From contig DASVFI010000070.1 in NCBI GenBank assembly GCA_036380115.1, positions 2,137 through 66,136 of the forward strand: DNA of 64,000 bases. The letters run 5' to 3'. The notes under the pieces were generated by a model. That model was not told the origin of the DNA, ran no database searches, and saw nothing but the letters and a program-made list of their open reading frames with translations. The translations under genes were made by a program, and so were the position numbers. Position 1 is the stretch's first letter, and every line of letters begins with the position of its first letter. Of the stretch, positions 27,733-37,056 are shown one piece after another. This stretch comes from Nitrososphaeraceae archaeon. GTDB lineage: Archaea > Thermoproteota > Nitrososphaeria > Nitrososphaerales > Nitrososphaeraceae.

Positions 27733-28596
27733 ATGCACAAAATAGGATTTCATGTATCTATTTCTGGTTCAATTAGTAATTCGATTAAAAATGCCGAAAG
27801 TATTGGCTGCACTGCTTTCCAAATTTTTAGTAGAAATCCTCGTAGTTGGAAAGCTAAATCTTTGGAAGTTCAAGATATAGAAGAATATAAGAGAAAGATT
27901 AATGAAAGTTATATTGATCCAAAAAACGTTGTTGTTCATATGCCATATCTACCTAATTTAGCAGCACCTAAAAATGATTTCTATTTTAAATCCAGAGAGG
28001 TACTTGCCGAGGAAATTATTAGATGTGTTATGTTAGATATTTCCTATATTATCCTTCATCTAGGAAGCCATTTAGGAAGTGGTGCAAATAATGGAATTAT
28101 GCAAATAGTTAACGCATGTAATTTTGCAATTGACAATTTTAATTCATCTTACAGAAGACACCTGCCTTTGAATATTTTACTGGAAAATAGTGCTGGGCAT
28201 AAAAATAGTATAGGAAAGAAATTTGAAGAAATCAATTTGATATTAGAAAAACTCAATAACAAAAAGTTCGGCGTTTGCTTTGATACTTGTCATGCATTTG
28301 CTTCTGGATATGATTTAAGAACATCAGAAAAAGTAATAGATACAATTAACAATTTTCATGATACGATCAGTATAACCAATCTAAAAGTGTTGCATCTAAA
28401 TGATTCAAAAGGCAAAATAAATGAAAATAAAGATAGGCACGAACATATTGGATTTGGTTCAATAGGTAATGAAGGATTTAAGGAAATTCTAAAGAACAAA
28501 TATTTTGAAAATATTCCCATAATAATGGAAACACCAGTAGATAGAAAAAGAGGCGATAAGGAAAATATGGCAACAGTATTAGAATTATTGGAATAA
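27733..28596 (+). CDS. nfo: Endonuclease IV (AP endonuclease, TIM barrel)
   Basis: 287 aa with IGFHVSISG, LHLGSH, LENSAG, CFDTCHAFASGYD, HLNDSK and DRHEHIG motifs. Confidence 0.9.
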   Translation: MHKIGFHVSISGSISNSIKNAESIGCTAFQIFSRNPRSWKAKSLEVQDIEEYKRKINESYIDPKNVVVHMPYLPNLAAPKNDFYFKSREVLAEEIIRCVMLDISYIILHLGSHLGSGANNGIMQIVNACNFAIDNFNSSYRRHLPLNILLENSAGHKNSIGKKFEEINLILEKLNNKKFGVCFDTCHAFASGYDLRTSEKVIDTINNFHDTISITNLKVLHLNDSKGKINENKDRHEHIGFGSIGNEGFKEILKNKYFENIPIIMETPVDRKRGDKENMATVLELLE

Positions 28597-28654
28597 TATA
28601 AATGAATGAAAATATCAAGAAAAATATAGAACCCTCTAATCATGGTTAATATTT

Positions 28655-30118
28655 ATGGTTACTTACGATAGAATTTTAAAGCTCTCATTGGAAAGAGGAT
28701 TCTATTTTCCCAGTTCAGATATTTATTCCGACTCACCAGCTGGTTTTTGGGAATATGGACCTAATGGCAATAATATTAAGAATAAATTCATTGAATTATG
28801 GCGAAGAGAATTGGTTAGAAGAGATGAAATGGTCGAAATTGATGGATCACAAATAATGAGTAGGAATGTATTTATTGCTTCTGGACATATTGATAATTTT
28901 TCAGATCCCATACTAATGTGTAATAAATGTAAAGCAACCCTTAGAGCAGATAAATATATTTTTGAAAAACTAGGAATTAACGTTCCTGAAAGATTAAGCA
29001 ATGATGAAATTGATCTTATAGTAAACCAACATAATTTAAAATGTCCTAAATGTGGTTCGGATTTTCACAAAACTGAGCGTTTTAATATGATGTTTAAAGT
29101 AGGAATTGGCCCAAATCATGATGAAGCTTATTTAAGACCAGAAACTTGTCAAACAATATTTGTAGACTTTGTTAGAATTTATAAAACGATGAGAGGTAAA
29201 CTTCCATTCCCAATAGCACAAGTAGGAAAAAGTTTTAGAAATGAAATTTCTCCTCGACAAAGTTTATTAAGACTAAGAGAATTTTATCAAGCAGAAATCG
29301 AAGTATTTTGTAATCCAAATCAGTTGGATAATATCCCCAAATTTGAGGATATTAAAAAAACAATTTTAACTATAGACGATGCTGTGAACGTTTATAAAAT
29401 TACTGCAGAAGAAGCCCTAGAGAGAAAAATTATTCCTAATAAGTTAATTGCATATTATTTAACTATTCTTTATCAATTCTATGAAAAAACGGGTCTAGAT
29501 ATGACTAAAGCCCGATTTAGGAAGTTATCAGATCAAGAAAAAGCATTTTATGCAACAGTAGCTTTTGATTTGGAATTACAAACAAGTATAGGATGGTTAG
29601 AACTGGTTGCATGCAATTATAGATCAAATTATGATTTAAGCCAGCATTCAAAAATTAGTAAAGAAAAAATGGAAATAATGGATCCTGTTACAAATGAAAA
29701 AGTTTTACCTCATGTATTTGAGCTATCATTAGGAATAGATAGAAGTATATATTCTATATTAGAAAACTCATTTTCTGAAGATAAAGATAACAATAGGACT
29801 TTTTTAAAATTAAAACCGTATCTTGCTCCTATTTTAGTTGGAATTCTGCCATTGGTAAAAAAGCCAGAAATAGAAGATATTGCAAAACAGATTTACGTTA
29901 ACTTGAAAAAAGACTTTGATACCTATTATGACGAATCCGGATCTATTGGAAGAAGATATAGGAGATTAGAAGAAATTGGAGTTCCATTTGCCATTACAAT
30001 TGATTATGATAGCTTAATAGATAACACAGTAACGATTAGATATAGAGATACGATGGAACAAAAACGTATGAAAATACAAGATCTTAAAGGTTTTCTTTAC
30101 GAAACTAGAATAATATAA
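28655..30118 (+). CDS. glyS: Glycyl-tRNA synthetase (archaeal/eukaryotic alpha2 type)
   Basis: 487 aa. It has class II motifs (FRNEISPRQSLLRLREFYQAEIEVF; GIDRSIYSI), an inserted Zn ribbon (CNKC...CPKC) and a C-terminal anticodon-binding domain. Confidence 0.9.
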   Translation: MVTYDRILKLSLERGFYFPSSDIYSDSPAGFWEYGPNGNNIKNKFIELWRRELVRRDEMVEIDGSQIMSRNVFIASGHIDNFSDPILMCNKCKATLRADKYIFEKLGINVPERLSNDEIDLIVNQHNLKCPKCGSDFHKTERFNMMFKVGIGPNHDEAYLRPETCQTIFVDFVRIYKTMRGKLPFPIAQVGKSFRNEISPRQSLLRLREFYQAEIEVFCNPNQLDNIPKFEDIKKTILTIDDAVNVYKITAEEALERKIIPNKLIAYYLTILYQFYEKTGLDMTKARFRKLSDQEKAFYATVAFDLELQTSIGWLELVACNYRSNYDLSQHSKISKEKMEIMDPVTNEKVLPHVFELSLGIDRSIYSILENSFSEDKDNNRTFLKLKPYLAPILVGILPLVKKPEIEDIAKQIYVNLKKDFDTYYDESGSIGRRYRRLEEIGVPFAITIDYDSLIDNTVTIRYRDTMEQKRMKIQDLKGFLYETRII

Positions 30119-30131
30119 TTATTTATCATCA

Positions 30132-30545
30132 ATGATAATTAAAAAGAAAAATAAAAATACATTGCCTAAAAAATTAGAAAAAGAAATCATTCCCTCTGAA
30201 AAATGGCTAGTCTCTTTTAAGAATCATAATAATAAAGAAAGTACAACTCCTCAAATACTGATTCGACAATTTTATGCTCAAGGATATTTTGAAGCATATG
30301 ATATAGTTCGAACTTTTTCAGAAAAATTAGATGTGGAAATAATGTGGTTTAAAGAAAAACGAGTTTGTTCAAGTTTATTGATAAATAAAACTTTTCCTTT
30401 ATTAGAATCTATTTGTGTCTATTGTAACAGGAAATTTAATAGTAACGAACCCATTCCATGTATAAATGAAGAATGTATTCATATTTTTTGTTGTATAAAT
30501 TGTATGAATAAACATTATAGATTAAAACATAGAGACAATAAATAG
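30132..30545 (+). CDS. Hypothetical basic protein with C-terminal Cys/His zinc-finger-like module
   Basis: 137 aa. The C-terminus CVYCNRKF...PCINEECIHIFCCINCMNKHYRLKH has spacing that looks like a cross-brace or treble-clef (HIT/MYND-like) zinc finger. Confidence 0.5.
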   Translation: MIIKKKNKNTLPKKLEKEIIPSEKWLVSFKNHNNKESTTPQILIRQFYAQGYFEAYDIVRTFSEKLDVEIMWFKEKRVCSSLLINKTFPLLESICVYCNRKFNSNEPIPCINEECIHIFCCINCMNKHYRLKHRDNK

Positions 30546-30576
30546 TAATTTAGATTCTAAATACAATTAAAAATTA

Positions 30577-31176
30577 TTATACCTTAATAAGCTCTGCATC
30601 AAATAATTGTTCTAATAGTTGAATTACTTCCTGTTCTACTTGTTGTCTAGGAATTCCTAATTTTTCTGAAAAATAATCAGTAAGCTGATTTATAGTTTTT
30701 GTACCATCACAAGATTCCCAAAACCTAACTATTGCATCATTAACCATATAACTTCTTTCACCTTTATTGACTAGTATCAACGAACCATCTTCTGATTTTT
30801 GAAATGTGCCTATTTTTTTTGGTAAAGCATTCTCATAATCTATCTGAAATCTTAGCTTTGGTTTTCCAAAGCCTAACACTTCTCTTGCTTTAGGATCCAT
30901 TTTATCAATAGACCAAGGTGGATCCCAAACAATTTCAACATTAATATCACCTACTCCATTAATTTTACCAACAGAGTTTTTTACATCATTAACCATAGTG
31001 TTATGTAAAGGACACCCTCTAGTTGTCATAGTCATTTTTATATCTACATCCTTTTCTTTTTTAATTTCGACACCATAAATAAGTCCCAGATCAACGATAT
31101 TCACAGGAATTTCTGGATCAATACATTTTTTTAATTGAAGATAAACTTGATCTTTAGTTATTAATTCATCTGACAT
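30577..31176 (-). CDS. DUF59 (MIP18/SufT-like Fe-S assembly) domain fused to PqqD-like domain
   Basis: 199 aa. The N-terminal CIDPEIPVNIVDLGLIYGV...TTRGCPL matches DUF59. The C-terminal YMVNDAIVRFWESCDGTKTINQLTDYFSEKLGIPRQQVEQEVIQLLEQLFDAELI matches the PqqD/RRE pattern. Confidence 0.7.
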   Translation of the reverse strand: MSDELITKDQVYLQLKKCIDPEIPVNIVDLGLIYGVEIKKEKDVDIKMTMTTRGCPLHNTMVNDVKNSVGKINGVGDINVEIVWDPPWSIDKMDPKAREVLGFGKPKLRFQIDYENALPKKIGTFQKSEDGSLILVNKGERSYMVNDAIVRFWESCDGTKTINQLTDYFSEKLGIPRQQVEQEVIQLLEQLFDAELIKV

Positions 31177-31246
31177 ACTATATGATTTTTATGGAAAAAG
31201 ATGATAAAAATGTTATTATAAAATAATATATTTAAAGTTGAATAAT

Positions 31247-32296
31247 TCATTCTATTAATTCTTTAATACTTCGATGATAAGGAGGAGATAGAACTCCCTT
31301 TTCAGTTATAATTTTTGTAATTAATTCTGGTGGAGTCATGTCGAATGCAGGATTTATAACATCTATGTTTTTTGGAGCTACTACTTTTTTGCCTATTTTA
31401 ATAACTTCCTCCTTTGATCGTTGTTCAATAACAATATCGTTTGGACCGTTTTTGAGGTCAAATGTAGAAGAAGGCGCAACTACATAAAATGGAATATTAT
31501 GTGTTTTTGCTAATATTGCCAATTGATAGGTGCCTATTTTGTTAAAGACATGTCCTGTGTATAAAATTCGATCAGCTCCTACTACAACATGCTTAATCAT
31601 TCCTTTAGCCATTATATAGCCAACTGCAGTATCAGGAATAAGACTTACATCAATATTTTCATGTTGAAGTTCAAAAGCAGTCAAACGGGAGCCTTGCATT
31701 ACAGGTCTTGTTTCTGTTGCAATAACATTAATTTTTTTCCCAGACTCCTTAACAGCTCTTATAACTCCTAATGCAGTTCCATATGCAACAGTAGCTAATG
31801 AGCCTGCATTACAATGAGTCATAACAGTATCACCATCAGAAAATAAATTAGCTCCATTTATTCCCATTGATTTATTAGTAGTTATATCTTCTTCAGCCAT
31901 TAAAATTGCTTCTTCTAACATAACTTTTTTTATTAAAGGTATATTTGTCAAATGTTTTATTTTTTGCATAATTCTATTAAGTCCCCATTGAAGGTTCACA
32001 GCGGTAGGACGAGTAGATTGTATTATTTCATAAGCGTTATTTAATTCCTCAAAAAATATTTTGAGATTATTGGATTTACTATTAATGGCTGCCAAGGCTA
32101 AGCCAAATGCAGCAGTAACTCCAATTGCAGGAGCTCCTCTAACAACAAGTTTTTTTATTGCATCAGCAACGTCTAGATGATTCTTACATTTTACATAAGA
32201 TAATTTTGTTGGTAATTTAGTTTGATCAATTAATAAAAGAGAATTATTTTTCCATTCAATAGTAAGGAGCATATTAGAGAATTTATTCAAATCCAT
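31247..32296 (-). CDS. mtnA: Methylthioribose-1-phosphate isomerase / aIF-2B-family protein
   Basis: 349 aa with VVRGAPAIGVTAA, THCNAGSLATVAYGTALGVIR and VGADRI motifs of the MtnA/eIF-2B alpha-beta-delta family. Confidence 0.8.
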   Translation of the reverse strand: MDLNKFSNMLLTIEWKNNSLLLIDQTKLPTKLSYVKCKNHLDVADAIKKLVVRGAPAIGVTAAFGLALAAINSKSNNLKIFFEELNNAYEIIQSTRPTAVNLQWGLNRIMQKIKHLTNIPLIKKVMLEEAILMAEEDITTNKSMGINGANLFSDGDTVMTHCNAGSLATVAYGTALGVIRAVKESGKKINVIATETRPVMQGSRLTAFELQHENIDVSLIPDTAVGYIMAKGMIKHVVVGADRILYTGHVFNKIGTYQLAILAKTHNIPFYVVAPSSTFDLKNGPNDIVIEQRSKEEVIKIGKKVVAPKNIDVINPAFDMTPPELITKIITEKGVLSPPYHRSIKELIE

Positions 32297-32351
32297 ATAA
32301 ATATATAAATTTTTAAAAATTTATGTGTACTATATCTTTATTAAATTTAAG

Positions 32352-33758
32352 TTATTGAATATTACCTATACTAGAATACTTGTCTAATATAATATTGTCT
32401 CTATTGATTATCCCTCTGCCATCATATAATGCGATATTTTTAAGACTCTCATAATTTAATTTTTTATATTCCTCATGATCTGCAATAACCATAATTAGAT
32501 CTGCTCCTTTAATAGCCTCAGATAATTCATTAAATAAAAAGGTGTTAATATAGTTAGAAATAAAATCGTCTTTTTTAACAAGTGGATCATGTATTCTTAT
32601 TTCTTTAACTTTTAGTTTCTGTAATTCTTTTATTACATCATATGTAGGAGATAATCTGGTGTCTGATACCCCTCCTCTAAATGCTAAACCTAATAGCGTT
32701 ATTGTTGAATTTCTTATCTTCTTTGGTTGTATCAATCTTAATGCTTGTCTAACACAATATTTAGGCATAGAATTGTTAAGCAATCGACTATATTTCGTTA
32801 AATTACAATCAACTTGAAGAACTTTGGCCGTTTTAAGTATAAATTGAGGGTACACTGGAATACAGGCTCCTCCTACCCCAATCCCAGGTTTATGAATATT
32901 ACAAAATGGTTGAGAATTAGCAGCATGACGTGCCTCCCAAAAATTGATTCCTAATCGTTCAGAGAAGATCGCTAGTTCATTTGATAATGCGATATTTACA
33001 TCTCTATATACTCCTTCAAATAATTTTTCAGTTTCTCCTGATTTGATACTGCTCATTGATATTATTCCTTTTTTATAAATAAGTGAAAAGATCTTGGTAC
33101 CAATTTCTAAACTTTTTTTTCCATAGCCTGAAATAATACCAGGATATCTTTCTTCAATATCTTCTATAGCTCTTCCTTCATAGATACGCTCTGGATTATA
33201 TATCATATAAAAATCTTCTTCAACTGTTAAATGACTTTGTTTTTGCAATATAGGAATAACTACATCCTCTGTTGTCCCTGGTGGCACACTTGGATTAAGA
33301 GTTACAACATCATTTTTTTTTAAACCTTTTCCTATTGCTGTAGCAACATTTTTCACTGCAGATAGCTCAGCAGTACCATCAGCAGCTAAAACAGGAACAC
33401 AAATCATCTTGAGAAAAGAATCTTGTGAAGCTTTAATCAGATCATCATAAACAAAGAATTTCTTATTGTGAAGGCCCTTTTCATAGGCATTACTAACCCC
33501 GGGTTCTGGGATATGAGTTTTTCCTTCTCTAGCATTGTGTAAGATTAATTTTGATTTATCAACACCTATTACAGATGCTCCTGCACGTAACCATGCAGCA
33601 GCAATCGGAGAACCTACATGACCTAATCCATATACAGTAACTTTAAATTCACCAGAATGAATTTTATTATCTAAGCTTAAAAGTAATTCCGAGAAATTAT
33701 TATCCAATAGCATATCATCATCAAATTTAATACTTTTAGCATATCTTTTATTTGTCAT
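32352..33758 (-). CDS. Nucleotide-sugar dehydrogenase (UDP-N-acetyl-D-mannosamine dehydrogenase-like)
   Basis: 468 aa with the N-terminal Rossmann motif VYGLGHVGSPIAA, the catalytic region GVGGACIP, and a C-terminal UDP-binding domain. Confidence 0.85.
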   Translation of the reverse strand: MTNKRYAKSIKFDDDMLLDNNFSELLLSLDNKIHSGEFKVTVYGLGHVGSPIAAAWLRAGASVIGVDKSKLILHNAREGKTHIPEPGVSNAYEKGLHNKKFFVYDDLIKASQDSFLKMICVPVLAADGTAELSAVKNVATAIGKGLKKNDVVTLNPSVPPGTTEDVVIPILQKQSHLTVEEDFYMIYNPERIYEGRAIEDIEERYPGIISGYGKKSLEIGTKIFSLIYKKGIISMSSIKSGETEKLFEGVYRDVNIALSNELAIFSERLGINFWEARHAANSQPFCNIHKPGIGVGGACIPVYPQFILKTAKVLQVDCNLTKYSRLLNNSMPKYCVRQALRLIQPKKIRNSTITLLGLAFRGGVSDTRLSPTYDVIKELQKLKVKEIRIHDPLVKKDDFISNYINTFLFNELSEAIKGADLIMVIADHEEYKKLNYESLKNIALYDGRGIINRDNIILDKYSSIGNIQ

Positions 33759-33851
33759 AAATTTCTAAAATATAAGGCACTATTTGTTTTTTTTTAAATT
33801 TTCTAAAAACCTTTACTTTCAATCATAAATAATTTATCACCCAAGAAACTA

Positions 33852-34910
33852 TTGAAGTTGTTGTCAAAGGTTATAGATTCCAATGATTACTCCATCAGCA
33901 CTCTTGGTTCTCATTGTTCACTACAAGTTTTAAAAGGTGCCAAAGACGAAGGTTTTAAAACATTGCTAATATGTGAAAAAAAAAGGGCAAGTCTTTATAA
34001 AAGATTTAGTTTTATTGATGAATTATTTTTTCTAGATAATTTCACGGATTTGTTAACAGAAAATATCCAACAGAAATTAATCGATAAAAAAATACTTTTA
34101 ATTCCTCATGGAACTCTCATATCCAATCTCAAATATCATGAATTAGAAAAAATTAATATACCAATATTTGGTAATAAATGGATATTACGATGGGAAGCTG
34201 ATAGAGAGTTAAAACAAAAATTGATGCATGAATCATATTTTAATACACCACAACAAATTAACGGAAAAAAGGAAATTAAAAATTTATGTATAGTTAAATT
34301 ACACGGAGCAGCAGGCGGAAAAGGATATTTCCTTGCATGGGATGAACAAAGTTTTGACGAAGGATGTAAGAAGTTAATAGAACAAAAAATAATTAAAACA
34401 GAAAAGGAATTATACATACAGGAATATGTTATAGGAGTGCCTATATTTCTACAATTTTTTTATTCTCCTTTAAAAAATGAAGTTGAATTATTAGGTATTG
34501 ATCGGAGATATGAGTCGGATATTGATGGAATTGGAAGAATACCTTCTCGAGTTCAAATGAACTTAGATTTTAATCCAACATATAACGTAATTGGTAATTT
34601 TCCTGTAGTACTTAGAGAATCTTTATTACAAGATGTCTTTTTAATGGCAGAAAATTTTGTTGAAACTTCAAAAAAGCTAGTTCCTCCTGGCATGCCTGGT
34701 CCTTTTTGTTTAGAGGGAGTTTATGATAGAAATGGTAAATTTGTGACGTTTGAATTTTCGGCCAGAATAGTAGCAGGTACAAATCTCTTTATAAGTGGTT
34801 CTCCTTATTCAGACCTATTATATAAAGAACCTATGAGTATGGGAAGACGCATCTGCAGAGAAATAAAAGAAGCAATTAGATTAAATAAATTATTGGAAGT
34901 TATAACCTGA
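33852..34910 (+). CDS. purP: 5-formaminoimidazole-4-carboxamide ribonucleotide (FAICAR) synthetase PurP
   Basis: 352 aa of the ATP-grasp fold. ISTLGSHCSLQVLKGAKDEGFKT is typical of the archaeal PurP N-terminus. TTG start. Confidence 0.85.
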   Translation: MKLLSKVIDSNDYSISTLGSHCSLQVLKGAKDEGFKTLLICEKKRASLYKRFSFIDELFFLDNFTDLLTENIQQKLIDKKILLIPHGTLISNLKYHELEKINIPIFGNKWILRWEADRELKQKLMHESYFNTPQQINGKKEIKNLCIVKLHGAAGGKGYFLAWDEQSFDEGCKKLIEQKIIKTEKELYIQEYVIGVPIFLQFFYSPLKNEVELLGIDRRYESDIDGIGRIPSRVQMNLDFNPTYNVIGNFPVVLRESLLQDVFLMAENFVETSKKLVPPGMPGPFCLEGVYDRNGKFVTFEFSARIVAGTNLFISGSPYSDLLYKEPMSMGRRICREIKEAIRLNKLLEVIT

Positions 34911-34922
34911 TGATTTATCGAC

Positions 34923-35420
34923 TTAGCCTCCTGTCAATTTAGTAAATTTATTGATTTTTTTTGATTTAAAAATATAATCTAAGTTTGCAAGAGCAACAAT
35001 AGCTGATTTTTTGACTTCTTCATTTGAATCATTTAAGGCATCAATCAAGATTCCTCTAGCATCCTCTGACCCTATTACTCCTAAAGCAACAGCTGCTTCA
35101 TGTCTAACAAAAAGGCTTGAATCATTCTTTACAGCATCGGATAATGCTTTTATGCCACTAGTAAAGCCTAATTGACCAAGAGAAAAAGCAGCTTCATGTC
35201 TGACTAAGTCATCAATGTCTTTTGTCAAGACTTTACTTATTGTACTAACAGCTTCTTCTCCGCCAATTTCAGCTATAATGCATATTGCTCTAGTTCTTAT
35301 AACTGGATCATGATGAAAAGCTAAATTATTGAAATATTCAGTATTTTTATTGTTAAATTCAGTTTCCATTTCTTCTATTAGTTTGAGCCTATCGTAATTT
35401 TCTTTGGAATTTTTATTCAA
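34923..35420 (-). CDS. HEAT-repeat (PBS-lyase HEAT-like) protein
   Basis: 165 aa with repeated ...D..VR..AA.ALG..G... units (VRHEAAFSLGQLG, VRHEAAVALGVIG, VKKSAIVALANL). Confidence 0.75.
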   Translation of the reverse strand: MNKNSKENYDRLKLIEEMETEFNNKNTEYFNNLAFHHDPVIRTRAICIIAEIGGEEAVSTISKVLTKDIDDLVRHEAAFSLGQLGFTSGIKALSDAVKNDSSLFVRHEAAVALGVIGSEDARGILIDALNDSNEEVKKSAIVALANLDYIFKSKKINKFTKLTGG

Positions 35421-35503
35421 ATTATACCTATTATTTTTATTTTGGATTTAATTCTTCTTATTTCCTTCATACGTTATTATATTTGTAAATATCAAGATCT
35501 CTT

Positions 35504-35965
35504 ATGCGTGTAAGATATTGGCATCTCACTATACCTGAAGTATTAAATGCAAAATATCCTGTTGATAAGATCAACCATTGGGAAATAAAATGTTTGTACG
35601 GTGAATATGAACATTTTGGAATATTTTGGTATAAATATGGCACACCTTTTGACAAAGAACCCATTCATGGATTATGTTTTTACTATAATGAAATTCCAGA
35701 TAGAGTCATTAACGAATTAAGTGAATATCTTGTATCAAAATTTGGTGGAAAAATTTTACATAGACAAACAAGAGTATTTCTTGAAGGATCAAAAGAAGTA
35801 AGTGATCCTGATACTATCGGAAAACTCGCTAATGAATTAAGCTTAAAGTTTTCAATCCCAGTGGAAATAACTTTAGAATTCGAAAAAGTTACAAAAGAAG
35901 AAGTGGACAATAACACATTCAATTTTCCTTTGAAGAAGTCATTACCAATAGTAGGAGTTGATTAA
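35504..35965 (+). CDS. Hypothetical protein
   Basis: 153-aa ORF with balanced composition (W/H/Y/E/K). The two overlapping minus-strand ORFs look like antisense shadows. Confidence 0.5.
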   Translation: MRVRYWHLTIPEVLNAKYPVDKINHWEIKCLYGEYEHFGIFWYKYGTPFDKEPIHGLCFYYNEIPDRVINELSEYLVSKFGGKILHRQTRVFLEGSKEVSDPDTIGKLANELSLKFSIPVEITLEFEKVTKEEVDNNTFNFPLKKSLPIVGVD

Positions 35966-36005
35966 CAAATAGAACAACAATAAGAAATAACCAATCCTTC
36001 TAAAA

Positions 36006-36416
36006 TTAATCAATATATTTTAAAATTGAGGTTAATTTATTGATCAAAGTAGACATACTAACAGGTTTGCTAATAAAGTCTAGAACATCTACAGAAGGAA
36101 TAACTTTAGTAAATTCATCTTTGTTTATTTCAAAAGCTGTTATAAATACAATTTTCATATGAGGATTACTTTCTTTAATCCGACGGTACAATTCAAATCC
36201 ATTGATTTTAGGCATTCTGATGTCGGTCAAAACTAAATCATAATAATCAGTAGGTTTTTTCTTAAGAAATTCCAAAGCGTATTCTGCATCAATGAATGTT
36301 TCTACTTGAAATCGATTTTTCGATTCAAGCCCTCTTTTTATAATAGATAATATATCTTTTTCATCATCAACAACCATTATTCTTGGCGGGTTATTATTAG
36401 CTTTAGAGAGGTTCAC
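36006..36416 (-). CDS. Response regulator, receiver domain only (CheY-like)
   Basis: 136 aa with IMVVDDEKD, the phospho-acceptor context DLVLTDIRMP, and FITAF...K. Confidence 0.85.
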   Translation of the reverse strand: MNLSKANNNPPRIMVVDDEKDILSIIKRGLESKNRFQVETFIDAEYALEFLKKKPTDYYDLVLTDIRMPKINGFELYRRIKESNPHMKIVFITAFEINKDEFTKVIPSVDVLDFISKPVSMSTLINKLTSILKYID

Positions 36417-36554
36417 GCGTATTCTATTTATGGGATCCTACTAAAAATGTTATCTATTCGTAAAGAATAAAATATTTTAGAATTAATATAGAACCAAATT
36501 TCTATTACATTTATTTTGTAATATTGATATAAGTGTTGTTTCATTTTTTTATTA

Positions 36555-37028
36555 ATGAGTAATCTAAATGAAGATGCAATTAAACTCATTCTTGATGAAA
36601 GAATTCCTGCATTTAATAAATTTCGTCTAGATAATCTTACGTTCAAGCCAAATTTGAGTCAACAAGATTTTTCTGGTAAAAATCTTTCTTTAGCTTTTCT
36701 TAATGGAGCGATATGTACTCAAACTAATTTTTCAAATTGTATATTAAAAAAAACAAATTTTGTTCAAGCTGAACTCAATAATTGTAATTTTGCAAATGCA
36801 GATCTCACCGATACATTATTCATGTATGCAGAAATGAAGAATTGTAATTTACAAAACTGCAATATGAAAAAATCTAATTTTATGTGGGCAAATTTATACA
36901 ACGCAGATTTATCGGGAAGCAAAATTACAAATACAATTTTTATTGAAGCTAATTTACAATCTGCTATATTAAAAGACATTAATAAGGAAAATGCCTTTCT
37001 GAAATATGCCAAACTTGACCCTTCTTAA
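36555..37028 (+). CDS. Pentapeptide-repeat protein
   Basis: 157 aa with tandem A(D/N)LxX pentapeptides (ANADLTDTLFMYAEMKNCNLQNCNMKKSNFMWANLYNADLSGSKI...). Confidence 0.85.
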   Translation: MSNLNEDAIKLILDERIPAFNKFRLDNLTFKPNLSQQDFSGKNLSLAFLNGAICTQTNFSNCILKKTNFVQAELNNCNFANADLTDTLFMYAEMKNCNLQNCNMKKSNFMWANLYNADLSGSKITNTIFIEANLQSAILKDINKENAFLKYAKLDPS

Positions 37029-37056
37029 TAACAATAACAATAATAATAATAATAAT
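37027..37056. repeat. Trinucleotide microsatellite (AAT/AAC)x10
   Basis: AAT AAC AAT AAC AAT AAT AAT AAT AAT AAT, read directly. It begins inside the stop codon of the pentapeptide-repeat gene. Confidence 0.9.

Noticed and set aside
35467-35922. Two minus-strand ORFs (65 and 79 aa) overlapping the 153-aa plus-strand ORF.
   Set aside because: The plus-strand frame is longer and compositionally protein-like. The minus-strand frames are fragments with shadow composition.
36555-37028. Pentapeptide-repeat gene as a DNA-level tandem repeat.
   Set aside because: The periodicity is at the protein level only. The 15-nt units are not conserved at the nucleotide level, so this is not a DNA repeat or array.
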